In this document: positions 30,158 through 39,837 of the stretch, in pieces
How the letters are laid out: each line of letters begins with the position of its first letter
How positions within the stretch are numbered: the stretch's first letter is position 1
Assembly: GCA_038217285.1 (NCBI GenBank)
Contig: JBBQPO010000004.1
Location: forward strand, 1-55,231
DNA from: Chthonomonadales bacterium
GTDB lineage: Bacteria > Armatimonadota > Chthonomonadetes > Chthonomonadales > Chthonomonadaceae
Reading direction: 5' to 3'
DNA length: 55,231 bases
The notes under the pieces: model-generated
Told to the model about the DNA's origin: nothing
Database searches by the model: none
What the model saw: the letters and a program-made list of their open reading frames with translations, nothing else
Position numbers and translations under genes: made by a program

Positions 30158-30937
30158 ATGAAAAATCCCCTGAGGCGGCGCTTGCGGGACAAAGAGACCG
30201 CATATGGCCTGTGGGTCACGGTGGAAAGCCCCTCCATCACGGAGTGCGCGGTCGCTCTCGGACTGGACTGGGTCTGCATCGACATGGAGCACGGCCATCA
30301 GGATTTCAGTGAGGTCATCAACCACCTGCGTGCCGTGCGCGGCTCGGAAACGGCGGCGCTGGTGCGCGTACCTGGGATAGAGATGAGCGCTATCAAGCGC
30401 GCGCTGGATATGGGCGCGCATGGCGTCATCGTTCCCTATGCGCAAAACAGCGCCGAGGTGGAGACGGCCTTTCGTTACGGGCGGTATCCCCCGCGCGGAG
30501 TGCGCGGCGTCAGCGGAGACCGTGCCGTACAGTGGGGACTGGGGGCCACCGACTATCTCTCCTGCGCGGACGAGGAGACGTTGATCATACCCCTGATCGA
30601 GACGCGCGGAGCCGTCGAGGAGATCGACGCGATCCTGGAGACGCCCGGCCTGGAGGCGATCTTTTTCGGCCCGGCTGATATGTCCGCCTCTTATGGATTT
30701 CTGGGAGAGTGGGAAGGGCCTGGAATCGCCGCGCGCATTCTCGACGTGAGAGCTAGAGCCGAGGCGAAAGGGATTGCCGCCGGCGTCATTGCCCGCAGTG
30801 TGGAGGACTCCGTGCAGAGGCGCGATCAAGGATTTGGTATGGTTGGGCTTGGCGCGGACATGTCGCTGCTGATCCGAGCGCTCCGCACCAATATAGCGGC
30901 GCTGGGCTGCGAGGAGAGGTTGACGTTATGGAAGTGA
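30158..30937 (+). CDS. HpcH/HpaI class II aldolase (2-keto-3-deoxy sugar acid aldolase-like)
   Basis: DWVCIDMEHG, ALVRVP, KRALDMGAHGVIVP, YPPRGVRG, LIET, FFGPADMS. Confidence 0.92.
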   Translation: MKNPLRRRLRDKETAYGLWVTVESPSITECAVALGLDWVCIDMEHGHQDFSEVINHLRAVRGSETAALVRVPGIEMSAIKRALDMGAHGVIVPYAQNSAEVETAFRYGRYPPRGVRGVSGDRAVQWGLGATDYLSCADEETLIIPLIETRGAVEEIDAILETPGLEAIFFGPADMSASYGFLGEWEGPGIAARILDVRARAEAKGIAAGVIARSVEDSVQRRDQGFGMVGLGADMSLLIRALRTNIAALGCEERLTLWK

Positions 30938-32004
30938 GGGCAGAAGCCGACAGCAAAGAGCGATTCCATGTCGGTATCACACACGACTTTATGGCGGCAA
31001 ACGGGGAGCTTACCTACCAGGACATTGGTTTGAGGCTGCTGCAGGCTGAGCCGCAGTGCCGATACGCCTTTTTCGCCGAAAATCATAATCCTGTACGGGC
31101 GGAACAGATAGCCGAGATGGATGCCGTCCTCTCTCTCGCGCCGGGCTGGACGGCGGAGACCCTGGCGGGAGGCGCAGAACGCCTGCTTATCGTGGCGCGG
31201 TTCGGCGTGGGCTACGACATGTGCGACGTCGCCGCTTTCACGGCCAACGACGTTCTGCTGACCATCACGCCTGGTGCGACCGACCTCCCTGTCGCGGGAG
31301 GCGTCCTGGGGATGATGCTGGCGCTTACCCGGAGGCTCTTGATAAAAGATCGGCTTGTGCGGGAAGGGCGCTGGCAGGAGCGCGCGCACTATCAGGGCAT
31401 GGAGATCGCCGGGAAGGTTCTCGGCATCGTCGGCTTCGGCGGAGCCGGTCGCCAACTCCGCCGTCTGGTCGCGCCCTTCGGGATGACGGTGCTGGCATAC
31501 GACCCCTTCGTTTCGGACGCCGTTCTGGCGGAGGAGGGGGTGCAGCGCGCCGCAACCCTGCCGGATCTTTTCTCCCGATCCGACTGTATCTCCCTCCACT
31601 GCCTGCTGAACGAGCAGACGAGAGGGCTTATCGATAAAGATCTCTTCCGCCTTATGAAACCCACCGCCTACTTCTTCAATGCGGCGCGGGGGCCGATCGT
31701 GAAGGAGCAGGATCTGATCGAAGCGCTTCAGAGCGGACGGTTGGCTGGAGCCGGACTGGACGTGTTCGAGCAAGAGCCTCCTTCCCCGGACAGTCCGCTC
31801 CTGCAGATGGAGAATGTCATTCTCGCCCCGCACTCCGTCTGCTGGACGGACGAATGTTTTCAGGCTATCGGAGAGTCGGCTGTGCGCTCCATGCTTACGG
31901 TCCTCCAGGGGGGCACGCCATTCGGTCTGTTAAATCCGGAGGTGTTGGAGCAAAAAGGATTCCAGGCGAAGCGGAATGCGCTGAAAGCCCGTCTGCAAGT
32001 CTGA
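30928..32004 (+). CDS. D-isomer-specific 2-hydroxyacid dehydrogenase
   Basis: RFGVGYD, GIVGFGGAG, FNAARG, AGLDVFEQEP, LAPH. Confidence 0.92.
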   Translation: MEVRAEADSKERFHVGITHDFMAANGELTYQDIGLRLLQAEPQCRYAFFAENHNPVRAEQIAEMDAVLSLAPGWTAETLAGGAERLLIVARFGVGYDMCDVAAFTANDVLLTITPGATDLPVAGGVLGMMLALTRRLLIKDRLVREGRWQERAHYQGMEIAGKVLGIVGFGGAGRQLRRLVAPFGMTVLAYDPFVSDAVLAEEGVQRAATLPDLFSRSDCISLHCLLNEQTRGLIDKDLFRLMKPTAYFFNAARGPIVKEQDLIEALQSGRLAGAGLDVFEQEPPSPDSPLLQMENVILAPHSVCWTDECFQAIGESAVRSMLTVLQGGTPFGLLNPEVLEQKGFQAKRNALKARLQV

Positions 32005-32033
32005 GGGAGAGAAGCGAAATGGGGGAGGCGGGA

Positions 32034-32828
32034 ATGTCCGGCAAACGATTACAGGGTCGTGTCGCGCTGGTCTCCGGGGCCGGATCCGGCATCGGGCAGG
32101 GTATCGCCGAGCTGTTTGCGGAAGAAGGGGCGAAGGTCGCGCTGCTGGAGATCGACGAGGCGAAAGGCCGGGAGACGCTCGCGCGTATCCGGGAGGCAGG
32201 CGGCGAGGCGTGGATGCTGCGCGCGGATGTCTCGAACGAAGACGAGGTTCGGCGGGCCGTGGCAGAGACCCTGGAAGCGTACGGCGCGCTGCATCACCTC
32301 GTCAATAACGCCGGGATCGTCCTGGTAAAGCCGCTGGAGGAGTGCAGCGGGGAAGAGTGGGATGCCGTCATGGCCGTCAATCTCAAATCCGTCTTCCTGA
32401 CCGTCAAGCACACCTTCGCCGCTCTGAAACAGGCCGTGGGCGCCACCATCGTGAACATCGGTTCCGTGTCGAGTTTCGTGGGCCAGGGCCAGACGCCCTC
32501 CTATGTCGCCTCGAAGGGCGCAGTCATGATGCTGACGAAGGCGCTTGCGCTGGACTACGCGCGCTACGACATCCGCGTCAACTGCGTCTGTCCCGGCATC
32601 ACCGACACCCCACTGTTCCGCTATCATGTCAGCAAAACGCCCGACCCGGAGGCCACGCTGGCAAGCCGCGCGGCGCGCGTCCCGTTAGGCCGTTTTCTTA
32701 CGCCGCGTGATATTGCCCGAGCGGTCCTCTACCTTTCGACAGAAGACTCTTCGGGAATCACCGGTATCGCCCATGTCGTGGACGGCGGCTATCTGGCGGC
32801 TGCGGAGTGGGATAACCGGCAGATCTAG
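32034..32828 (+). CDS. SDR oxidoreductase
   Basis: SGAGSGIG, NNAG, YVASK, VCPG. GGAGG before ATG at 32034. Confidence 0.92.
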   Translation: MSGKRLQGRVALVSGAGSGIGQGIAELFAEEGAKVALLEIDEAKGRETLARIREAGGEAWMLRADVSNEDEVRRAVAETLEAYGALHHLVNNAGIVLVKPLEECSGEEWDAVMAVNLKSVFLTVKHTFAALKQAVGATIVNIGSVSSFVGQGQTPSYVASKGAVMMLTKALALDYARYDIRVNCVCPGITDTPLFRYHVSKTPDPEATLASRAARVPLGRFLTPRDIARAVLYLSTEDSSGITGIAHVVDGGYLAAAEWDNRQI

Positions 32829-32873
32829 GCAAGGCCGGAAGTGCGGAAGTCATTGCGTTTTCGGAGGCCCGAA

Positions 32874-33716
32874 ATGAATCCTAAACTTGCGTGCGCGGAC
32901 TTCACGTTTCCGCTTCTTCCCCACCGACAGGCTCTGCAGCTCATCGCGATGCTGGGATTCGAGGGCGTGGATATCGGTCTTTTCGAAGAACGATCCCACC
33001 TCTGGCCGTCGCGCGAGTTCGCCGACGCCACTCGTTCGGCGCAGGAGCTGAAGCGTACACTGGACGATATCGGGCTGAAACCGGCGGACATCTTCCTGCA
33101 GATGGCTCCCGACTTTACCTCCTACGCCCTCAATCACCCGGAGGCATCGCGACGGCGAAAGGCCCGGGACTGGTTCCTGTACGCTCTGGAGTACGCGAAC
33201 GCCAGCGGATGCGGGCATATAACGACGCTGCCCGGCGTCCATTTCGAAGAGGAGGCTTTCGGGGATTCGTTTACGCGGTGCGTGAAGGAGTTGAGTTGGC
33301 GGGTCGAACAGGCCCGCAGGCACGAAGTCGTCTTTGGCGTGGAGGCACACGTCGGTTCGCTGGTCCCCACCCCGCCGCAGGTCGAAGATCTGGTACGGGC
33401 CGTCCCCGGCCTCACGCTCACCCTCGACTACACGCACTTCACGCGCGCGGGCCTGCCCGATGCGGACGTGGAGCCGTTGCTGCGTCATGCGAGCCATTTC
33501 CATGTGCGGGGCGCGCGCGAGGGACGCCTGCAGACCGGCTTCGCAGCCAATACCATCGACTATGCGCGAGTCGAGACCGCTATGGATGCGGTCGGGTATA
33601 CGAGCTGGGTCGGAATCGAGTATGTCTGGATCGACTGGGAGCACTGCAACGAATGCGATAACCTCTCCGAGACGATCCTCTATCGTGACTTTTTTCGGGA
33701 GCCGGACCACCGGTAG
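32874..33716 (+). CDS. Sugar phosphate isomerase/epimerase (xylose isomerase-like TIM barrel)
   Basis: GFEGVDI, VEAHVG, TLDYTH, HFHVR, GIEY. GGAGG before ATG at 32874. Confidence 0.85.
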   Translation: MNPKLACADFTFPLLPHRQALQLIAMLGFEGVDIGLFEERSHLWPSREFADATRSAQELKRTLDDIGLKPADIFLQMAPDFTSYALNHPEASRRRKARDWFLYALEYANASGCGHITTLPGVHFEEEAFGDSFTRCVKELSWRVEQARRHEVVFGVEAHVGSLVPTPPQVEDLVRAVPGLTLTLDYTHFTRAGLPDADVEPLLRHASHFHVRGAREGRLQTGFAANTIDYARVETAMDAVGYTSWVGIEYVWIDWEHCNECDNLSETILYRDFFREPDHR

Positions 33717-33740
33717 CCCATATTTGAAAGGAGTGCAGCT

Positions 33741-34061
33741 ATGCAACGCGTAGGTTTCCTACTGAAAGTCAAACAGGAGCTTCTGGAAGAGTACAAGGGG
33801 ACGCACAAGAATGTGTGGCCGGAGATGCAGCAGGCGCTGCGCGACGCCGGATGGACCAACTATACGCTCTTCGCACGGGAGGACGGTACGCTCTTCGGCT
33901 ACGTGGAGACCGAAGACTTTCAGAAATCCCTGGCCGCCATGGACGGGCTGGAGGTCAATACGCGATGGCAGGCCTCGATGGTCCCCTACTTCGAGCAGCT
34001 AGAGGGGCAGCGACCAGACGAGGCGCTGCAGCAGATCGAAGAGATTTTCCACCTGGATTGA
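33741..34061 (+). CDS. rhaM: L-rhamnose mutarotase
   Basis: EEYKGTHKNVWPEM, GWTNYTLF, LFGYVE, RWQASM, EIFHLD. Confidence 0.9.
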   Translation: MQRVGFLLKVKQELLEEYKGTHKNVWPEMQQALRDAGWTNYTLFAREDGTLFGYVETEDFQKSLAAMDGLEVNTRWQASMVPYFEQLEGQRPDEALQQIEEIFHLD

Positions 34062-34248
34062 GAGGGCGAGGGCAGCAGCCATCCCGATTCTGCCGGGGGA
34101 GTCGTTGGAAGCGGCCTCGATTCCCACAGCTTTACCGCAGGCACGAGACCCGGTTGCTTGTCTCGCTCCAGGGGGCAGACACGGGATTCTGCGCTGCCAA
34201 TGCCGCGTCTGGGGTCTACTTTTTCTCTTCCGAGATTGCACAAAACGC

Positions 34249-34277
34249 TTGACAGAGTTGTCGAATTGTGCGAAAAT
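34249..34277 (+). promoter_or_regulatory. Sigma70-type promoter for the GAF gene
   Basis: TTGACA (34249-54), 17-bp spacer, TGcGAAAAT extended -10 (34269-77). Confidence 0.5.
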
Positions 34278-34303
34278 GGGCTAGAGGAGGAGGAAAAGCG
34301 ACT

Positions 34304-36355
34304 ATGACTCACGCGGCCCATCTCCGCGCCGCCGTCCGACGCCTGAATGAGGCGCTTCATGCCGGCATCCCCGCCAGCGATGTGCTGCAAAGCGTCGTCG
34401 AAGAGGCTCGCCGCCTGACCGACGCCGCCAGTGCCGCGCTTTGCCTCCTGACAGAACCCCGCGATATGCTCGATTTCGTGGCGGCCGCCGGGGAGAACGC
34501 CGATGACATCCTCGGCCTGCGTATCCGCGTCGCCGACTCCCTTTCCGAAACCGTCGTCGAGACCGGACAGCCTTTCCTGCTGGATCAGCGCAGTTCCGCC
34601 CCGACAGGCGACCTCTTCTCCGCCGTCGCCCCGACCGAATGGGTCGCCTCCAAAGCCCCGATCCAGAACCTGACCGCCGCTGTCGTCCCGCTCCATGCCG
34701 ACGGCAAGCTGGTCGGTACGCTCTCCGCGCTCAACAAAACCGGGGACGCGGCGAACGGCTCTCCGGTCGAGGCTTTCGGCAGCGATGATCTGGAGACGCT
34801 GGCGTTGCTGGGGGAGTTCGCCACGCTGGCGCGCAAGGTGGAGCGCATCTCGCGTACCGCCCGCGACCAGGGGCGGGAGCTTGACGTCCTCTACGACACG
34901 GCCCGCACTGTCGCCGGCAGCCTCAATGTGCAGCAGGTCATGGACAGCGTTCTTACCGCCCTCTGCTCCCATGTCGAGTATCATGCCGCCGTCCTGTTCC
35001 TGCTCAACGACGAGCGCACCCATCTCTTCATCGCCTCCGAGCGAGGACTGAGCGACGAGGAGCGTGAAATTCAGCTTTCGGTCGAGAGCGGCGAACATGC
35101 CCGTGTCCTTGTCAGTGGGCAGCCGCGCCGTATCAAAGACACCGACGCTTCCGCGGACTTCGTGGACATCACGCTTCGCTCCCGCGCCCTCTCCGCCATG
35201 ATCGCCCCCGTCCGCAGCCGCGACGAGATCCACGGCATCATCGTCGTGACCAGTCTGCAGCGCCGCGCCTACCATAGCGCCGATCTCAAACTTGTCGCCG
35301 CCGTCGCGATGCAGGCTGGGATCGCCATCGAAAACGCCTGGCTCTACGAGGACGCCCAGCGGCAGGCGGAAGAGGCGACCGCCCTCTACGATCTCTCGCA
35401 GCATGTCAACGCCACGCTGCACGAAGACCATGTGCTTAACTTCGTCGCCGACAGTGTTCTGAACCTGCTGAAGGTAGATCGCTTCGCCCTCATGCTCTAC
35501 GACGCCCGCGAGGAGCGCCTGAAGACCAAGCTCTCGCGCAATATGGACGCCGGGGCGTTTCAGGCCATCATGCCGCGCGTCGGGGAGGGCATCGCGGGCT
35601 GGGTGTTCGAGTGGCAGACCCCGCAGGCGGTGGCCGATGTCGCCGCCGACGCCCGCAACCGCACCTCTCCGCTCGATCCGTTCGGCGTCGCCTCCACGCT
35701 CTGTGTGCCCATGCATGTCGGCGAAGAGGTTATCGGCGTGATCCACGCGATGAACAGCAAACGGCGGCTCTTTACGGTCGCCGAGATGGAGCTGCTCTAC
35801 ACCATCGCGAATCAGGCGGCGGTCGCCCTGGTCAACGCGCACCTCTACAAGGAGGCGCGCACCAAATCCCACGAGATGCGCCGCTACTTCCGGCGGGTCG
35901 CGCACGCCATCGGCTCCGCGCTGGAAGAGCAGGATCTGCCGAGGCTGCTCACCGATCTGGCGGTGGAGATCATGCGGGCCGACCGCTGCGCCATCTACCG
36001 GATCGACGGCGAGACGCTCCACCTCCAGGCCGCCAGCGGGTTCCGATCCGCCGTGCCGCCGGACAGCGCCGTGCCGCTCGGACAGGGCCTCTGCGGCCAT
36101 GTGGCCCGGCGCGGCCAGTCGCTGAACCTTCCCGACCTGAACGACGATCCGCGCAGCCAGACCCATCACTGGCTGCAGCGCGACAAACTGACCTCCTACC
36201 TCGGCGTTCCCCTGCGTTCGGCGAGGCGCATCGTGGGCGTCGTCGAGATATATACGCAGGAGCGGCGCGAGTTTAGCCGCGAAGAGATCCAACTACTCTC
36301 CACCTTCGTGCGGCGCGCCCGCGTCGCCGACAAGATCGCCCAGGAATCCGTCTGA
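34304..36355 (+). CDS. Multi-GAF domain protein (about four GAFs), no output domain
   Basis: Repeated GAF signatures: VVPL..LVGTL, IAPV..IHGII..AGIAIENAWLY, CVPM..VIGVI..AAVALVNAHLY, GVPL..IVGVV. Confidence 0.88.
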   Translation: MTHAAHLRAAVRRLNEALHAGIPASDVLQSVVEEARRLTDAASAALCLLTEPRDMLDFVAAAGENADDILGLRIRVADSLSETVVETGQPFLLDQRSSAPTGDLFSAVAPTEWVASKAPIQNLTAAVVPLHADGKLVGTLSALNKTGDAANGSPVEAFGSDDLETLALLGEFATLARKVERISRTARDQGRELDVLYDTARTVAGSLNVQQVMDSVLTALCSHVEYHAAVLFLLNDERTHLFIASERGLSDEEREIQLSVESGEHARVLVSGQPRRIKDTDASADFVDITLRSRALSAMIAPVRSRDEIHGIIVVTSLQRRAYHSADLKLVAAVAMQAGIAIENAWLYEDAQRQAEEATALYDLSQHVNATLHEDHVLNFVADSVLNLLKVDRFALMLYDAREERLKTKLSRNMDAGAFQAIMPRVGEGIAGWVFEWQTPQAVADVAADARNRTSPLDPFGVASTLCVPMHVGEEVIGVIHAMNSKRRLFTVAEMELLYTIANQAAVALVNAHLYKEARTKSHEMRRYFRRVAHAIGSALEEQDLPRLLTDLAVEIMRADRCAIYRIDGETLHLQAASGFRSAVPPDSAVPLGQGLCGHVARRGQSLNLPDLNDDPRSQTHHWLQRDKLTSYLGVPLRSARRIVGVVEIYTQERREFSREEIQLLSTFVRRARVADKIAQESV

Positions 36356-36474
36356 ACGAACATTTCCTCGTCTCGTACCATCAGAGATTATAAAGAGCGA
36401 CCGACCGCCGAAGGTGCGTCGTGTCGCTCGGGTCAGGAATTTTTTGGGACGTGCCTGAGTCGGGTACTTAATAA

Positions 36475-37038
<564 letters not shown>

Positions 37039-37040
37039 GC

Positions 37041-37069
37041 TTGTACTCTCCGACAAAATTCTGTATAAT
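37041..37069 (+). promoter_or_regulatory. Sigma70-type promoter upstream of the Hsp70-like gene
   Basis: TTGTAC (37041-46), 17-bp spacer, TATAAT (37064-69). Confidence 0.65.
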
Positions 37070-37111
37070 GGGTACAGGAATACAAAGCGAGGAGTCTACC
37101 GGGTTCACCTT

Positions 37112-38755
37112 ATGGAGACACACTGGGCCATCGATCTCGGCACAACCAATACACTCATCGCAAAATGGGTCGGAACGCACGCTACCACCGTAGCCCTTGA
37201 AGAGCTGGTAGACTACGAGCCGGCGTGGCGTACCCCGCTCATCCCTTCCGCTATCTATTTTCAGGATGAGGGGCGGGCGATCATCGGGAGGCCCGCGCTC
37301 TCGGCACGGGAGATACTGCACGCGAACGACCTGACCTCGCTGGGGCCGCTGGCGCGCTCTTTCAAGAAGACGCTCGCGCGCGCCAGTCAGCAGCCCGTGG
37401 CGCAGATAGGCTCGCAGACCATCTCCGCCCGGCAGTGCGCCACCGTTTTCATGAAGGAGCTTCTGGACGCGACCGCAGAGTATCAGCGCCAGCGGGCCGA
37501 TCCGAACCGGCCTCGGATGCAGCGGCTCATGGCGGCGCTGCGCTGGTGGCGCAAAGAGGGCCAGGTCACCGATCTGACAATGACCGTGCCGGTGGAGAGT
37601 TACGAGCCTTACCGGGCCGAGCTTTCCAATATCGCGCGCAAGCTCGGCGTCTCGAAGTTTCGTACCCTCGATGAACCCGTCGCCGCCGCGCTCGGCTACG
37701 GCGTCGATCTCACAGAAGAGAAACACCTGCTGGTCGTGGACTTCGGCGGTGGAACGCTCGACCTCGCGGTCGTGCGCACACACTCGCTCGGCGGCAACAC
37801 CGGACGCGACGGCAACCCCGGTCACCACCGGGCGACCCTGCTGGCGGCACGCGGCCTCGTCTACGGCGGCGAGACGGTGGACGAATGGATCGCGGATCTG
37901 GGCGCGGAACGGCTGCGCGCGCATCAGCAGACGCTGCGGCCGCTGCTGCTCTCGCAGGCGGAAGCGATCAAAAAAGATCTCAGCAACAAGGCCTCCATCG
38001 CCGAATCGAGCTACTTTTTGCTGCAGGGCGGCGGTAACATCGAGATCACCCGCGCCGAGTTTCTCAACACGCTGGAAGCGCGTGGCCTCTATGGGACACT
38101 GGAGAAACTGACCGAAGCCACCCTCGACGACTGCGCCCGCGATCTCGATGAGGCCGAGATCGACGCCGTGCTGCTGGTCGGCGGCTCGACTCTGCTGCCG
38201 GGCGTGCGCGAGCTGTTCGAGCGGCTCTTCGGCCCGCAGCGCGTCCACTACTGGGAGCCGTTCGAGGCGGTGGTCAAAGGGGCCGCTATTTTCGGGGCCG
38301 GTTACAGCGTAGATCAGATCGTCCATCACGACTACGCCATTCGTGTCTACAACGACGCCGAGCAGCGGCCGGAGTACGAGCGGCTGATCCGGCGCGGCAC
38401 CGGTTACCCTACCCCGAACCCTTTTCAGACCCGCTACTATGCCGTGACCGAAGGGCAGGCCCTGTTTCGACTGCCCATCTGCGAAGTCGGTTACGGAGGG
38501 CGCACCAGTCTGCCCTGGGCAAAGCGTATGAACGGCAACGAATACTGGCTGCCGAACGGCGCAGAGGAGGGAGAGTGCGTCACGACGTTGAATGAAGGAG
38601 ATGCGTTGAAACTGAGTCCCGCCGGCAGCGGGACGCAGGCCCGACTGCGCATAGACTTCACGATCGACGAAAATCGCTATCTCTGCGCGACGATTCACGA
38701 CCTTCAACTTCAGAAGGACAAGCGCACCGAGGAGCGTGTCGTCATGCTGCGCTGA
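37112..38755 (+). CDS. Atypical Hsp70-family protein (not canonical DnaK)
   Basis: AIDLGTTNT, EPVAAALGYG, VVDFGGGTLD, LLVGGSTLLP; short divergent C-terminus without a helical lid. Confidence 0.9.
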   Translation: METHWAIDLGTTNTLIAKWVGTHATTVALEELVDYEPAWRTPLIPSAIYFQDEGRAIIGRPALSAREILHANDLTSLGPLARSFKKTLARASQQPVAQIGSQTISARQCATVFMKELLDATAEYQRQRADPNRPRMQRLMAALRWWRKEGQVTDLTMTVPVESYEPYRAELSNIARKLGVSKFRTLDEPVAAALGYGVDLTEEKHLLVVDFGGGTLDLAVVRTHSLGGNTGRDGNPGHHRATLLAARGLVYGGETVDEWIADLGAERLRAHQQTLRPLLLSQAEAIKKDLSNKASIAESSYFLLQGGGNIEITRAEFLNTLEARGLYGTLEKLTEATLDDCARDLDEAEIDAVLLVGGSTLLPGVRELFERLFGPQRVHYWEPFEAVVKGAAIFGAGYSVDQIVHHDYAIRVYNDAEQRPEYERLIRRGTGYPTPNPFQTRYYAVTEGQALFRLPICEVGYGGRTSLPWAKRMNGNEYWLPNGAEEGECVTTLNEGDALKLSPAGSGTQARLRIDFTIDENRYLCATIHDLQLQKDKRTEERVVMLR

Positions 38756-38870
38756 AAGACGATCCGTCCGTCTGCGGCGCTTCGCGCAACCCACGTCGTA
38801 GGATCCCCTGCGCTGCATGCAGCGCTCGCGATCTTAACAGACGGTCATCTCGCACAGGGAGTATCAACTC

Positions 38871-39743
38871 ATGTCGGAAGCAAGAGACGCAGGATACGCA
38901 GCCTTGCAGAGCGGTGATTTGAGCGGAGCCATAGCCCACCTGGAGCAGGCTACCGCCGCCGATCCCAACGACTTCCAGACATGCCTCTATCTTGGTGCGG
39001 CGTATGGGCAGGCCGAGCGGCACATGGACGCGGTATCGGTACTGACAAAAGCCGTGCAGCTTCAGCCTGCCAACCCACAGGCCCGGTATAATCTGGCGGT
39101 CGCCCTGGAGAGTGCAGGCTATCGCGAGCAGGCGGTGACGGCGGCGCAGCAGGCGGTTCAACTGCAGCCCGACTACTCCAAAGCACAGGAGATGGTCGCG
39201 CGGCTCACGGGCACACCGACAACGCCGCCTGCCTATGGCCAGCCTGCCGCACCCCAGTATGCTCCACCGCAACAGCCGCCTCCCTATGGGCAGCCTGCCC
39301 CGTATGGACAACCGGCCCAGCCTACGCTCTACGGGCAGCCGCAACAGCCGCAGAACCCTTACAGCCAGCCGCAGCAGCCTTATGGCGTCGAGTCTCGTCC
39401 CGCCTCTTATCAGCCGCAGGGCGCTGCCTCCTACGGCGGACCGCCCAGCGGTATACAGGCCCAGCCCTATGGAGCCGGGCCTATGTTCCAGACAGAGGCT
39501 CCGGCCGCCAATACCGCCCTGATCCTCTCTATCATCGGCTTCTTCTGCTGCGGAATTCTCGCGCCTGTTTCGATAGGTTACGCCATGAAGGCAAAGAAAC
39601 AGGTCGAGCAGAATCCCAATTTGACCGGCGGCGGCAAAGCGACGGCGGCTCTGATTATCGGTATACTGGGAAGCCTGTCCCTGGTGTTAAGCATAGTCTA
39701 TTTCATTGTGGTCATCGGGAAGGTGGCGGCAAGCGGCCACTAG
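38871..39743 (+). CDS. TPR + Pro/Gln/Tyr-rich linker + DUF4190-like membrane domain
   Basis: Three TPRs, YGQP repeats, ALILSIIGFFCCGILAPVSIGYA..G.GKATAALIIGI. Confidence 0.85.
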   Translation: MSEARDAGYAALQSGDLSGAIAHLEQATAADPNDFQTCLYLGAAYGQAERHMDAVSVLTKAVQLQPANPQARYNLAVALESAGYREQAVTAAQQAVQLQPDYSKAQEMVARLTGTPTTPPAYGQPAAPQYAPPQQPPPYGQPAPYGQPAQPTLYGQPQQPQNPYSQPQQPYGVESRPASYQPQGAASYGGPPSGIQAQPYGAGPMFQTEAPAANTALILSIIGFFCCGILAPVSIGYAMKAKKQVEQNPNLTGGGKATAALIIGILGSLSLVLSIVYFIVVIGKVAASGH

Positions 39744-39837
39744 ACGGCGGTAAGAGATTCGGGTGAAAACGCCCCCGGAAATGATACCAGAACCATTTCT
39801 TTCAATAAGGCGTGACAAGAGAGGACAGAAACAAACC

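Noticed and set aside
34062-34248. Possible RNA gene in the rhaM-GAF spacer
   Set aside because: Only a short hairpin (CGAGAC/GTCTCG); no tRNA or riboswitch signature recognised.
33986-36292. 768-aa minus-strand ORF
   Set aside because: Antisense shadow of the GAF gene in GC-rich DNA; no recognisable motifs.
37039-37111. CIRCE or canonical dnaK operon
   Set aside because: No TTAGCACTC-N9-GAGTGCTAA, no grpE or dnaJ, and the protein lacks DnaK C-terminal features.
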